Positions 1 to 14,644 of a DNA stretch of 64,000 nt are shown one piece after another. The notes beneath the pieces were generated by a model. That model saw only the letters and a list, made by a program, of their open reading frames with translations. It ran no database searches and was not told the DNA's origin. Origin of the DNA: the human T2T-CHM13v2.0 reference genome, Homo sapiens. Position 1 is the stretch's first letter. The number at the start of each line of letters is the position of its first letter. The stretch is from NCBI RefSeq assembly GCF_009914755.1, contig NC_060947.1; one strand, written 5' to 3'. Made by a program: the position numbers and the translations under genes.

Positions 1-59
1 TCTACAATTTTTAAAAATTTCATTGTGTATTAAATTACCAGGCATACCAAGATAAATAG

Positions 60-540
60 AAAGAGCCAATATAAACATGCACAAGAATTTATAGCAGTAA
101 TCATAGGAAATGGAAACAACTCAAAAGTCTATCAATAGAAGAATTGATAAATATTGGTGTGCTTGCACATTGGAATCAATGCAGCAATGAAATAAATGAA
201 ATAAATGGACTACTGTTTACATGCAACAAATGTGCATTAAACTCACCAACATAATGTTGAATGAAAACAGACACAAAAGAATATATATATATATATGAAG
301 TTCAGAAGAAAAAACTAAAAACTAATGAATGGTGACAGATGTCAGGATAGTGGTTAGCTTTGAGGAGGAATAGGGGAGTGACTGAGAGGGTGCCCATATG
401 CAACTTCTGGAGAACTGGTGATATTCTATTTCATTATCTGGGTAGTTATTACACAAATATGCACATTTTATAAAATTTCATTAATCTGTACATTTATGAT
501 TTGTGTACTTTTCATTTTGTATGTTATGCTTCAGTTAAAA
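60..540 (+). mobile_element. Ancient L1 3' end (L1MC/L1ME-like), degenerate
   Basis: L1M 3'UTR-like motifs: ataatgttgaatgaaa..agacacaaaaga, gtcaggatagtggtta, ggtgatattctatttc, aaaatttcattaatctgtaca..tgtatgttatgcttca. Boundaries approximate. Confidence 0.7.
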
Positions 541-1937
541 ACAGCTTAAAAACCTGAAGTGGAGTGATCTATTACTAGAGAAACTTTTGTGATATGTCTG
601 TCTGTCTGCTGTTCACAAGGAGTAAGGAATTATTGTGTGTCAAGCTCTGTGCAGGGTTTTTGGGAGGGGTGAAAAAAATATAGACATATGGTCTCTGCAA
701 TGGGAAGTGAACATGCAGAGAGAAAAGGCTTTCAAACAACTGTCCCACCACCTTAAGGTTTTCAAATGAGTCCCTTTCTGTACTGTTTGACTTTCCAAGC
801 ATGATCAATGTCTCAAAAACAGAATGGCTTTCATTGTTAGACAATTTGGGCAAAGGCTGCTTTCTCTGTGAATCTGGCTAGTGCTGACTGACAGTCATTA
901 GTCTGCCCTGTTAACAATCCTGCTTCTAGAGGCACAGAACAGCAATGGAAAAAATCATTTATGTGTGCTTATTAATGCTGCCTCCCCTTTTCTGGGCACT
1001 AACCCTACTGCTTTACAATGCCTTTAGTTGTCTCCGTGAATTCCCTAGAAGACCTCCCACAATCATTGTTCCAAACATTTTCCACCCTTCTCACCTCTTC
1101 ACTTCTATTCCTACCCCAGCTTATATCTCAGAAATTGAACTGACTTGAGAAAACTGAAACTATCAGGTATGAGCTGCTTTATTTTCTCTCCATATATTAA
1201 CATTTCAATGATCAACTCACCTATCCTTTCTTCCTTTCTTCTTGTCTCAGAGAAAGAGAAGTCCCTCTTAATCTGTAAGAATAAGCACTGTTCTTATCTA
1301 TACCAGTTATCTCATTACCTCCTACTGATGTGAAATAATGCCATTTCCTCCAAGTTAACTAGTTTCTTGAAAGTGACATCCAAAGTAATTTGAAGACTAT
1401 TCAGATAAAAGCAAGGACAAATTTATTGGCCACAGTTTAGTGGCTGCGCCTCCTGCTTTTTAAAATGCCTGTCAAAAAGCAAACCACATCATTTGTGCAA
1501 TTGCCCAGCCCAATGATTCCAGGTAATGTTGAGCTAGGTATTGTCCAAAGCCCTCTACTTCAATCTATCTCTGGATCCCAAGTCTTTGACTTGTTAGGCT
1601 CCCTGGCTCTGGGAAGATTGTAGCTACAGAGCTTCTCTGTCTCTCTTTCTTATTTTTTTTAACCTCTAAATACTTATTTTCTTATTTCATGAATCCCTAA
1701 GGAAGGACTAGCAGCTCCAACCCTTCCTTTTCTAAATTTTTCTATATTTCTCATACTTTAGAAATATGCAAAAATTAGAGTATCCTACCCAGAGGAGTTC
1801 TCCCTAATTTGGTACCAATGTAAAACTTTTTAGGAGTCTTCTCTCTGAGAATCTATATCTCCTTAGATCTAATGAAGAATCAATCCTCCAAGACCTTGTT
1901 TCTTCAATTATCTGCTGTTTTCCCATAGCTTCTCTCT

Positions 1938-1939
<2 letters not shown>

Positions 1940-1980
<41 letters not shown>
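1940..1980. repeat. (CT)n microsatellite, ~20 units
   Basis: Pure ctctct run followed by a (CCCT)-rich stretch. Confidence 0.97.
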
Positions 1981-1982
<2 letters not shown>

Positions 1983-1999
1983 CCTCCCTCCCTCCCTTC

Positions 2000-3470
2000 C
2001 TGCCTCTCTCTCATCTTTCTCCATTGGCTACTTTTCTTCCACCCTTCTGCTTACAAACATAAGCAGGTACAGATGTTTCCAATCTTGAAAGACAACCTAA
2101 TTTTAATTTTCTTTCCCCTCTAAGTATACTATTCTACATCTTATTCATATTCAAATCTCTCAAAGAAGGATGTACACTTATACTTCCTTAAGCAATCATT
2201 CTCTCATGAAATCCCTGAAATCTGGCTTCTATACTCACAAATTTCCTGAGTAAGCATTCTTTTAAAAGTATCTGATAACTTCCTAATCACCAAATCCAAA
2301 GTCATTTTCTCATACTATTTTTTCATGCTTTTCTTCTGCACTTAGCACTCTGGATCAACCACTCTCTCCCACTTTTTCTTCTATGACACTTCCTTCTTTT
2401 GGTTCTTTTCTTACTGCAATTACTGCTCCTTCTCTGTCTCCTTGGCTGTTTCCTTTTTCCCAAAGTTTGGCCCATCTCTTTCTGTATACAGTCTCCCTTG
2501 AAGATTTTACAATCCCTTGTCATAATTACCATTTTTATGCTGTTAAATGACATCTTTATTTCCAAGTCCAACCTTTCCTCCAAGCTCTAGTCTTATATAT
2601 GTGCCTAGCTACTGGGCATTTCCACATGGATTATATAGAAACTTCAAACTAAACAAATTAAACTCACTTATTTTCCTCATAAACCTAGTGCTTTTTTATT
2701 TGTTGAAAGTACCATATGTCAACTGGACCGAAAACCTCAATGATTGTGGATTCTTAATTATTTCTGTCTCCCAATATCCAGTCGGTTGCCTCAGACTGTA
2801 AGTTGGCTGTTTATAGTCTCTCTTGTTGAATTTTCTTCCTTGGCATTCTCAATGGCATCTCTGTAGTTCAGGCCCCAATCCCTTCACGACCAGATGACTG
2901 CTTCAGACTCTTGGTTAATCTGCCTACTTCTAAAATCTCCAGCCTAAACCATCCAGCAAGTTTCCACTTATTTAATCTTACTAATAGGTGAATTCAAAAA
3001 GTTCTCTACCTCCCTACCAACTACAAAAGGATAAAACCTAAACTTCTTTACTTGGCATTGTTTCCCAAAAGGCAGTCTTAACTTACCTTTCCAGTCTTAT
3101 TTCCCATTAATACTCCATATGAATCATAGGCCCCAACCAAAAGTGCCTACTCACTGTTGACCCTAATGCCTTCTGTCTTCTTGCATCTATGACTTTCATA
3201 TAATATTCCAGCTGCCTAAGATCTTTTGCCTTTCGTAATTAAACTAGGAGGTTTAACTCAAATAGCAGATCTTACCTGATCACCGCTTCCCAAAGTAGTC
3301 AGGCTCTCTTCCCTGACACATCATTTATGTTGTTCATATGGCATCTCTATTATATTGTATTGCTTTGTATACATGTAAACACCCACATTCACTTATAAAC
3401 TCTTGGAGCTTACAACAACCTAGCAAAGTGTCCAGGACAGGAAAGGACTTTAAGATATATTTGATGAATT
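2000..3470 (+). mobile_element. L2 LINE, degenerate 3' portion
   Basis: Pyrimidine-rich L2-like text (ctaatcaccaaatccaaagtcattttctc; gggcatttccacatggat; acttcaaactaaac) ending in an L2-type 3' end, ctagcaaagtgtccaggaca..atatatttgatgaat. An upstream piece probably lies at ~1050-1320. Confidence 0.65.
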
Positions 3471-5354
3471 ATTGGAGTAATTTACTAAAGCTAGTAAAGT
3501 TTTAATCTACAAAATAAGATACAACTTTTATAGTTAAATTTATCTGGCCAAGCAAGCTACTAATCCAATCCTTATCAAAGCATTAATTTAATGCATATAA
3601 TCTCGACCCCTAAACTTTTCAGGGAATTTGACAAGAATTCTATCTAGTAATTTATAAAGATTTGAGGGAGGCCTCAGTTTACATATATTTTTTTAAGTCT
3701 GAATTTGAGGTTTTCCTAGAAATAAATAGCTACAATAATATTTTAAAATTCCCATGACTTCTGTGGATGTTCAATTAATTTTCTCATAAGTTGCATGAAG
3801 AATACAAACATGAGACATTGCTCAGGCCTGTCTGGTTCTTAGGCAAAAATAATGATAGGCTGATTCTTGCACAAAAAGACTCTTGTGGAGTTGTGTGCAT
3901 ATACCACCCCTCATCAATCCTAACAGTCCTTCTTAGGAGCTTTCCTTCTAGGCAGAATTGAACATTTGCAGTGCTGGTTACGTGAGTGGGTTGTTGTTAA
4001 AGTAACATTCTCATGGCTTTCTGATAAACAAATACTAATCTTTTAAAATGTCATAACCTTACAGCAATAAATAAACTACCAAAGCACATGAGGCCAAAGT
4101 AGCCTAGATGGATCTCAAGTAATGAACTAGGAATGATATTGGTGACAGGAATTAGCAACATGTCAGAATATCTGGTGTTTAAGTGTCAACTCATTAGCCC
4201 AGCACTGTCCTTCCCCTTCTCATAAGGTGATAGCCTTAGGGTATTCCTCTGCCCAGAAAGAAAACAAGATGAATGGCTATTTCACAACCAATACTGGCCC
4301 TAGATAAGCAAAACTTGGAAGAGAGAGTACTATTAAAATGAGAATACTATCAAACCAAAACCTGAGCAGTGTCAAATCACCTCACTAAACATAGAAGCAG
4401 ACTTTATAAATTGTTTGGTTGTGTTTTTGGAATTTTCATCAGGAAATTATGCTAGAATTTAATATTAACTCATATTGCTGATAAAGCTTTCAGATAAAGC
4501 TTGGAACAACCTAAATGAAGATGTTTCTATTTAAAAGTCTCATAGGGGAGGACAATTTCCTAAACATAAGTGGTTGATCACATATTTGTGTCCTTTCTTC
4601 CCAAAACCCAACTATAATTGCAGTAAACATTTTTTTTAAATACATACACTTATAAGAAAGAGAGACAGTAGACTAGAAATCTCAATAAAAATTTGGAAGA
4701 CTAAAAGTAGAGGTGAGATAACTAATTTAGCAGAGTGGAGAACGTTACAATGTGAGAATCTACAGAGGGAGATGATATTCCTGAGAGAAGAATCAGTTTT
4801 CCATGCAGAACACAGAAATTTTAGGTCTTGGAGGCACCAGTTACCACAGAAAGCAGGGATGATGCACAATACAGAAAACAGTGAGATTGATTCAAAGTCT
4901 TTCTACTGAGCAATTGGACTTTCAGATTCCAAACTACCACTCTGAGCAGCCAAGTGTCTGTGATCTCTCCCAAAGGAGACAAGAAGTTTACTCTTTAAAG
5001 ATACCGAACCTGAGAGGCTTTCAACATGGTAACACCTGACATCATAGAGGACAGGGATGAGACATAAGGCTGAAAATAGAGAAATTAAGTGCAAGTATAC
5101 CTGCCTACTGAGTAGAGAAATCTAAGTGAAAGAAAAACCAGAAGCTGACATTAATCTATCAAAGGGAGTTGAGTAGATCTCTAAAGAAGGAAGCAAGGAA
5201 AAAAGAATCTTATCAGGCCCAGCAGCATTATCTCCTAATCATCTTTGGAATCATATGTTAACTGATCACCACTTACTCAATTAGGCACCTGGTAAGTCTT
5301 ATGATTAGTTATTGATTTACACAGTCTTACTTTCCTAGTCATTGTATAAATGGT

Positions 5355-5610
5355 AGAGGCAGTGGTTGAAGAAGGATCAAGTTCATGGGCTCCGTATTTA
5401 GCTTAACCTATATTGTATTACTGGCTCTATCTTTTTCTAACTGTATAACAGAAGGCAACCTCTCTAACCCTCAGTTCCCATCTGTAAATTTAGGATGATA
5501 ATAATAGTCCCACATCCATAATACTGGAGTAAAGATTAAATAAGATAAAATATTTATCACAGTACCCTAACACAGAGCCAAGACTAACTAATGTTAGCTA
5601 TGACTATTAT
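5355..5610 (+). mobile_element. MIR SINE
   Basis: MIR core: aacctctctaaccctcagttcccatctgtaaat..gataataatagt..aagattaaataagataa..aatgttagcta. Confidence 0.75.
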
Positions 5611-6026
5611 TGGCACATTTGTAGATATTATTAGTTAGCCTTTCATTTCAAGTTGGTGGACTGATCCACACATCAAATGTACAGTATATTTTGCTGCTTT
5701 TTAGGCTTGCCTTTTAATTACAAATATAAATCACGATGATTTTTCTATTCACAGCCCCTTACTAAAAAGAAGTCCCTCCTCTAAACTCTTGCAAACCATA
5801 TAACGCTGTTCTCCTTTAACCACTACCACCACCTTAACCACAGTTGGTCAGACCAGGTGGAAACCTGACCCAAAGTAAACCAATTCACTGGCTTTCCATA
5901 AACTAATCAGAGCTTTTCTATGTCAAGAATTTGAACCAAGAGACTCAAAACCTGCAGTGGATGATGCACACTATGTCTGTAAGGATAGGCAGACAAAGCA
6001 CTGGCAATGATATTGGGCAATATACA

Positions 6027-6340
6027 AGCTGGAGAGGGAGGGAGGGAGTAATGGAGGAAGAGAAGCAGAGATGAAGGGTAGGGGAAGGGGGAAGAGGAAT
6101 ACATTTGTTAAAGAATACACAACTACAGCTAGATAGGAGGAGTAAGTTCTAGGGATCTAGGGTGACTATAGTTAACAATAATATACAGTTTCAAATAGCT
6201 AGAAGGAGAATAATGAATGTTCCCAACACAAAGTAAGGATAAATGTTTTAGATGATGGATATGCTCATTACCCTGAACTGATAACTATATAAGTATTGAA
6301 ACTATGTACAATTATTATATGTCAATTTTAAAATTAAAGG
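6027..6340 (+). mobile_element. L1MA-type 3' end
   Basis: acagctagataggaggagtaagttctag..gtgactatagttaacaataata..caaatagctagaagga..gatggatatgct..tgtacaattattatatgtcaatt. Confidence 0.8.
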
Positions 6341-6371
6341 AAGAAAGAGACAATTTGGCCCTTGTTTCTAC

Positions 6372-6852
6372 CATCTATTTGCCACAGTATTGCTGTATAG
6401 CAAACACTCAGAAAACGTTAGTATCATACAGCAATAAACATTCATTTTTGCTTCTATGTGTTGGCTCATCATTGTGTTGATCTGAGCTGGGCTCCATGGA
6501 CTTATTCATGCATCTATGGCCAGGTAGCTTTGGCAATATTAGCTGGACTTTATCACTTATTTAGTGCCTCAGCTGAGACATCTGAACTGATTTGGTTTTG
6601 CTCCATGTGTCTCATTGCCTCATGGGCTAACCTGGGTATGTTCTCATGGCAAAGCCAGAGACGTGAGACAAGAAATATCCTCACACTTTTCAAGTCTTTG
6701 TTTAAATTATATGTACTAATATCCTATTGGCCAAATTAAGTCAAATTGCCCAGACCAGAGTCAGAGTGGGAAGGAGCGTCAATGTTTCAGGGCCCAAGAT
6801 GAGGATTTAGGAAGACCACTGATTAGAATCACAATGCAATCAATCTTCCATA
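6372..6852 (-). mobile_element. MLT1-family (MaLR) LTR, old
   Basis: ctatttgccacagtattgctgtatagcaaacac..caataaacatt..tgttctcatggcaaa..cctattggccaaa..cagagtcagagtggga, matching a reverse-strand MLT1. Confidence 0.6.
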
Positions 6853-8809
6853 CCCCTTGGGAAAGAGATAATGGCTTTGGCTTAGCTCCTTCCCAACTCC
6901 ACTTCCTAAGAGTTGTGACTGTACTCTGGTTCCTGTGTTAGTCTGTCTGTGGCCTTGGCAACAGTTCTTTTTCTTTTCTTTTCTTTCTTTCTTTCTTTTT
7001 TTTTTTTTAACACCTGGTCCTTAACTGAGCTTTCTTGAGTAGATTTATGTTTCTTGCAATCAAGAGATTCTTTATCAAAGGAGTCTTAATTTAGTAGAAA
7101 TAATTTAGTAACAACCAAATATACAAAGGGGTACATAATGGCAAAAAGTTGGACTAAAACAGAAATCTCTATTCTATTGGTCAACTAACTCAAATATCTG
7201 CATCATTAAGCACTGATAAACAGTTATTTAAAGATACCTCTTTTTCTTTTCAAATTTGCATTTCTTTTCTTCCCTCCTAATCTGCTGGGATTCAGAAAAA
7301 TTCAGCAATTTTATGGTAAATCACCAAGACATGGCACATAGGACAATTCCTATATGATCTTTTTAAAATTTATGCTGCCCTACACAAACCCAGTACTGTG
7401 GTTTATCTATTTCCAAGCTGCCCGTTTCAGCTTCAAGAGATATCTGAGAATATTTCACTCACTTCAGAACTTCCATAAATATTCAATGAGACTGAGTGAC
7501 CAGAATAGATCTGCACATTTCTTCTCTTTGCAGAACATGTAAAGAGTGGAGAGAAGTTGTGCTGATTTCCAGCTTTGATTCAGAAAAAATCTTGGCTCTC
7601 AGAGCCCTGAGCATCTGTAGCTCCACACCCACCTGAGCTAATCTTGAATCATCTGCTAAGACACGTCCAGGGCTTTGAACACTCACATAGACTCACTAAA
7701 AGCTCTTCATGTGGGCTCTCTCAAGCATCACCTCTTACTAATGTATCATTTAATAGCGACTGCTATAGGACAACTAAACACCCTCCACTGCTGTGAGTTA
7801 TCTAAGTGTGATAAAGTGAACCTTCTAAAACGTCTAATTCCTGGGAAATTTTACATTTATTATCTTTAACAAGGCAATCTCAATTAATTGGTTTGGGCTG
7901 TGCCCCTTCCCAAATTTCTAACAGGTATCATAAGCCAACATGCAATTACTGTAACTGTGACACAATATTTTGCATCAAGCCTAGGGTTCTCTCACAAAAG
8001 AATTTCAGACTTTCTGATGGCTTTAGCTCTGATATCCAAATTTATAGCATCGTGAAATACTGTAGATCCCTGCATTTTCTGCTTGGCAGGTGTCTCACTG
8101 ATTTAAGACTGATCACCTAAAGCCTCAGCTACATATTTCTTATGGAGAAGAAGTAGTCCAGACTGCACAGTGAGAGGCAGAGTGTGGATTTCCATAAATA
8201 ATCTATTGACATTTATTTAAAGTCTATATGCAAACACAGCCCTTTCCTTTAATCCACAGACCATCCATTTCAGTAACTTTGATCAGGAAGACAGTAAATG
8301 AAATCTCTCCAGTTACAATCACAAGACATTGCAAACAGTTTTAATAGTATTAATCAAGTCCTTTTATCATATATAAAATCTCTTGTCAAGATTAAAGAAG
8401 GCAAAAGTACAGAGGTGCAAAGATACAGGGAACAATGCAATCCTTTTTTATTATTTGCTTTTTTCTCATGGAGAGAGAAAATGAGAGGACTCAAAGCAAT
8501 CGATTTGGAAAAAAACTAGGATCTCAGAAGTCCAAGAGTTTTATGAAACCATTTCTAAGCAACCTTTTCCTACTACAGCAACAGTGGAAGTGAAGCCCAA
8601 ATGCTTGGGTTCTCTAACTAGCTTACAGCAAACATCACTGTCAGATGCAACAATTCAAACAAAAACAAACCCTTCTGATGAATAAGCAATAGACTGAACA
8701 CAAATTGCGGGCAATGGTAGCCCTACTTAAAGTTTTTATTGGCTGAAGCAGAAGCTTTATTCTGAAATGTTTGTGCCTGTTATATCAGCAAATATATATT
8801 TGCTACTGT

Positions 8810-9360
8810 CCCACCATAACTCCTCCCACTTAAAAAAAAAATCTTCAGTGGCTCCCAACACATGCAGGATGTAGTCCTTCTCACAACATGTAAGGCCCAT
8901 CATAATCTTGCGCCTCCCTACCTCTACAGCCTTTTATGCTGCCTTTTCCCCAAACCTCCCTGACAATACTTCACTCTTGACACCCTGAAACACTTTCCAC
9001 ACCTCAAACACTCCAGGCACATTCAGGCCTCTTTACCTTCACACCCGCTGTTTCTCCCATTCCCCTCTTTTTCTCTACTCTAAATGATGATCTAGCCTTG
9101 GAAATCCATCACAGTATCAACAAGTATAGTTATTTCCTTGGCCTTGATTACAAGCCTCTATAGAGATCCCATTGTATTCTGATACTCTACTTACATGTCA
9201 CATACACTAGTAGGTACACTTCTGAGCTCAGCTGTGTGCATATGCATGCACATATAGACACATGTATGTACACTTCTGTGGAACTGGAACCCATTTCATA
9301 TGCATTTAATATTCTCAAGTGTCTGGAAGAATGCCTAGCAAAGAATAAAAATTCAGAAAA
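8810..9360 (+). mobile_element. L2 fragment
   Basis: cttcagtggctccc..aaggcccatcataatct..caggcacattcaggcctc..aatgcctagca. Confidence 0.55.
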
Positions 9361-11243
9361 ATGGTAGAATTTATATTTTAGGTGGGCATGGATTTGCTTT
9401 CCTGGACCCCATTGTGAATGACCAATAACATATGTTTGCCAGATACTATGGATAAAAAAATAAAATAAAATAAGTATAGCTGACTTGTACAGTTAGGAAA
9501 GGAATTCCTAGCCATAACTTCAGTCTTATACACTAACCAAGTCAGCCCATGACAAGAACAAACTTTTTCAATATGGGAACCTACTCGGATGCAAGCAAAC
9601 TATCATTATTCCCCCATCCCCAGGCTTCTGTGTCCTTGGGATACAGCCCATGATTTTCAATAGTTTTCTTTTTTTAGGTCTTTTTACTGAGCTCCTTAAT
9701 TCATCCCCCTTTTATAGAGTTATGTATGACAATTTGGCAGATACAAGCTCTTTGCCATGACTCAATTGGCATTTTAAATTATTTTAATTTCAAGAGATGC
9801 AGCAGTGACACAACCATTTTTAACCACTAACTACTTAAAAACTTCCCTATTAGGCAAATCCATTCTTGCTGGTAGACTAGATTTCATGATGAATTGAATC
9901 ATCAAACTGCATATCAAACCAAAGAGACTTTAGTTTCTGCCACATCGCATTGGTATTTGGAAGAGTTCTCAGGTGGCTTTGGAAGCTCTACCACTGTTAA
10001 AGGAATACATTTTAAGCTAATATTCAAGGATAATTAAAACCTAATTATAAAGAACTTTAAGTTGTGATGACTGCCCTTCTCAAAAGATTGCACTAAAACC
10101 AATGAGTAGGCTCTGGAGAGCAAAGAGCAGTCCTGGGCTCCCTGGGATCTTGTTTAACTTAGGCTCCAAAAAAGTCAGAGACAACAGAAACTAACCATAA
10201 AACCCTCTGGACGATAAGAGCATTGTTTATAGAGACTGCAACTGAAATAGAAACAACCTCCCATTCCTACTCCCACCCCTGAAGTCTTAACCTCATCAAT
10301 AGACAAGTGTCTGGAAAATATATTTAAAGACATCTTTTAAAAATTTATTAGGCATACAGTCATCCAAAATGCACGAGTGTACATACACCACACACACACA
10401 AACACATACACACACACAAGCCTCATGAAAGGAAAAAATTTTTCAATCCAAAAGCCTAAGTATAGAAAGCATAATCAAGGATCATAATCTGTTCAATTGA
10501 ACAGAATTGACTTCCTCCTCATCCTGCACTTGGAAATTCACTTTAAAAATCATAAAAATATAAATACCAGTTAACAGTGTTTATTTCCATGAAGAGGAGT
10601 TAGACTGGGAGAGGAGTTGAAGGTGGACTTTCACCTTTTACTGTAAATTTTTCTGTACTTTATTTTTTACAATGAATATGCATTTATACATTATTTGTAC
10701 AAGAAAAATAAGGAGAGAAAAATACAGTGGCCTAACCTACTGATATATATGGCACATACAGTATATCAGAGATATACGGGTCAAAGTTTCTCTTCTTTGT
10801 TTAAAAATTTGCATACCTGTCACTCTGCTAGGACTCACTATTTGATGCAAGAAACTTTCATTATTTGGCCCTCAGACATCTATTAGCACGAACAGATGTG
10901 CAGCCACCCTTTCCAAATGCCTTCTAACATACAGGAACATGTGCATGTGAACACATCCCCACACACACCTGCCCTTTTATTGCCTTTGAGCCACTTACCA
11001 AAAAACTCCAGAAAAGAGTGAGAAAATCTAGAATCTCATGAAAAGCCAAGGTCATTATTACAATCCATCAAACATCTGAGTTAGAGTACAGAAGTTAGCC
11101 AGTTGGAATGATTGAGTCTGTATTTCAAAACCTAAGCCTCACTGTGCTTTTATTGTATATTTGTGTGTTTAAAATTTTATTTTTCAAACTAGGTTTCTCC
11201 TGCTTCTTTAGGGAGGCATTCTCCTTCTGCAACACATATGAGA

Positions 11244-11267
11244 GATGATAGATAGATGGATAGATAA

Positions 11268-11304
<37 letters not shown>

Positions 11305-11309
11305 CAGAC
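11244..11309. repeat. (GATA)n/(GACA)n tetranucleotide STR
   Basis: gatgatagatagatggatagataaatagatagataga..tagacagac. Confidence 0.95.
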
Positions 11310-12061
11310 CACTAAAAAGTCTTTTAACTCTGAGATCCTAGAACGCATAAGAAGTCAAACGCATAATTTCCATGCACAAAGATGGGTCACAAAAAGGATA
11401 TATCTTCAAAAGCTTAGTTTGACATTCTAGAAGTATTCTAATAGATACATTTGATGTCATACATGCCTACCATCTTCAGCAACAGAATAGCAGGATTCAT
11501 ATTTCAATCTTGCATATTCTTATTTGCAACAACTCACATTGGAAAAACCCTCCTGGGTTTTAACAACATAAGTCCCTTCAAAGACTACTGTTTATTTTCC
11601 TAAACTACATTAAAAAGAAACTCCCAATACAGAGAGAATTTTACAGCGTTCTTTGGATAGGTGGGTAATGATATTGAAATATTGCTGGGAATAATGCAAA
11701 ATGAAACAGGGTCTAGTGAAGCAGATAGTATGGTCTCATGTATTTCAGCAAGAAGGCTTGAGAATTCTTTTAGGTTGAATTTTGATTGTCCCAAGTCTAA
11801 ACACAACACAACACACACGAAAACTCATGCAAGTATGTGGCACATTCAGCACCCACTGTATTCTTTCATCTAAAGATTATAAAGGAGAGTATATTAGGAA
11901 CAAAAACCGGATAAACAATGGAAATAAGTCAACACATACTGTAGGCTCTTGTAAGGATTGGCAGTGGAGGAAGAAGTACAAGGGAATTTCATGATGAGCC
12001 CTGATCTCAAGGAACTTCCATCTAGATCCAGAGGAAAGGTTAATCTACATGAAACATGTAG

Positions 12062-12225
12062 AGCAGTTAATTGCCAGAATTAATCTGGGTTCTTATAAAA
12101 ATTTAGATTCCTGGGCTTACCACCAACTTACTAAATCAGAATCCGTGGCGATGGGGATCAGAAATCTCTATTTTTTACAAGCTCTTCCAGTAATTCTGAT
12201 AATCAGGCCAGTTTCGGAACCATCT
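12062..12225. mobile_element. MER5-like hAT-Charlie MITE
   Basis: agattcctgggc..tactaaatcagaatc..agaaatctctattttttacaagctc..gtaattctgat..agtttcggaacca. Confidence 0.7.
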
Positions 12226-12430
12226 AAGAGACAACACAAAAAGTACTTAAAAGAGTACTAGATAATTTGGGGTTGGAGGTGAATCAAAATGATCCAGGAA
12301 GCTAGAGAATAATAGGATCAGTTAGGCAGGAATGATCAGAAAAGAATTCTCAGAGAAGGTAAGACTACAGCTGCACCATGATGGATGGATAATATTGGGA
12401 ATGACCAAAAGCAAATGGGATGGCTTTTCA

Positions 12431-12893
<463 letters not shown>

Positions 12894-13049
12894 TTAAGAT
12901 ACTAAGACCAGTACACCAATGCTGTATAGAGCATAAATGGTTCATCTGGGAACCATAGTCTTTGCAATAAGACATTCCTTTGATTGCAGAAAATGATGCA
13001 GGTAAGGACAAAACGGGAACTGCAGTATCTTCTTTAGGTGCACAAAGTT

Positions 13050-13625
13050 GCCTCCAGCCTCCACAATAACTCTCCACAATCATAAGGTGATACTTCCAAA
13101 GCAAGTGCCCAAAATTCTTCAGTTGGTTCCCATTTCTTTTAAGGAAAAACTCAAACATTTTGGCATACCTTACAAGGTGTCTTATGATCTGCTCCAGCTT
13201 ACGCCTGTCATCATGTTTTTTTGCCACTCCCTTCATTGCACTCTATGCTCCTGTCTTACTGAACTGCTCTCCAAACCCAACCAGTCTATGCACTTCTCCC
13301 CTCCCTGCCTTTCCTTGGCCTGGAACACTATCTACTGTTACTCTGCCAACTTACTTAGTTAATTTTTACTTACCTTGAATTTCTTTTGAAAATTGATCTC
13401 CTTCAAGAAGCCTTCCCTAACTCCTCAAGTTTGTGTTATGTGTCCCTCTTATATAGGGTCCTGACATCAACTAAGCTACAATATATCCCATTTACTAGTG
13501 TAGCTGCAGAGCCTAAAAGAGTGCCTAGCACATACTGTATTAGGTGTCCAATAAACATCTCTTGAATGAACTAGATTTTTAAATTTATTTTATTGAATAA
13601 ATGAATAAACAAATAAATGAATTTA
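13050..13625 (+). mobile_element. L2 3' portion
   Basis: tggcataccttacaagg..ttggcctggaacact..aagaagccttccctaac..agtgcctagcacata..aataaacatctcttgaatgaa. Confidence 0.7.
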
Positions 13626-14339
13626 AGTTACTATTGGAACAAATCAAACCCCTCATACATGGCTCTCAGAATGGACCACACTCATAAACTCAACCTTCCA
13701 GTCATTCCACAATGAGCAGTAAAAACCCAAGCAAGAATTCTGTGTAATTGCTCTTTTCCCTAATGCCCCAAGAGTGATTCTCTTCGCAGTATCAGTGGTT
13801 AATGAAGGTACATATTAAAATAGAAAAATTCTTACATGAACATGCAGGCAGTAAATGAAGCCCAGTGCATGGTTTCCTGTTCTTCATCACACAAATTTGC
13901 TCCCTCAGATGTTATCAATCAGTCAGGTGCTGTTGTCACACCTTCTACACATAAGGCTGTGGCACCTACCTTTTCAGTATAATACAAGTTGAGAGTCCTG
14001 CAACAGTTGATAATTTTATACTTAGATGCTCAGTTTTAGGCTCCTCTTAAAGATTCAGTGCCCTCTAATGTGAAATGAGGAGCCATTTTATATCACAGAT
14101 GTGCTCTGATGAAGCTAAGGCAATATAAAAACATTCCAATTCACTCTAAAGACCAATTTGAAAGTGAGTGGTTATTTGCTTTATGAGAAATGTAAAAAGG
14201 AAACAATAATATATTTTGATCTTTTTTTCAAAAAGATACACAATAGGATGCTGAGATAGTTAATAACCCCAGTGAGTTGGAAACAGCTAAATATATGTAC
14301 AGCTATCCTACTTAAACATATATTATTAGTAATACTGTT

Positions 14340-14565
14340 CAGCACGGTAGAAAGAACACAGGCTTTGATAATGAGGGAGTTAAATTCCCATTCTTCCACT
14401 TCCTGCTCTGCCACTTACTACCTACGTGTGTGCCAGCTTGAGGCTCAAAAATTAAATAACTTGCCCAGTTTTGTCATATGTAAAATAGGAATGATACCAA
14501 TGCCTACTTTATAGGGCTGCTGTGATGATTACATTAGATAATAAAGGTAAAGTATTTGGTAAGTG
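14340..14565 (+). mobile_element. MIR SINE
   Basis: ggtagaaagaacacaggcttt..ctctgccacttacta..tgtaaaataggaatgata..atagggctgctgtgatgatta. Confidence 0.75.
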
Positions 14566-14644
14566 TAGGCTCTCCATGAGTTCCATCTTTTGTAACTGGG
14601 ACCTTATATTAATTTTTGACTTTTTCGTTTCTTAATTATTTTTC

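Noticed and set aside
7515-7800. Strong-looking + strand splice acceptor (atttcttctctttgcag, ending 7533) and a gtgagt donor at ~7794
   Set aside because: Isolated splice-like motifs are common in non-coding DNA, and I found no convincing coding frame.
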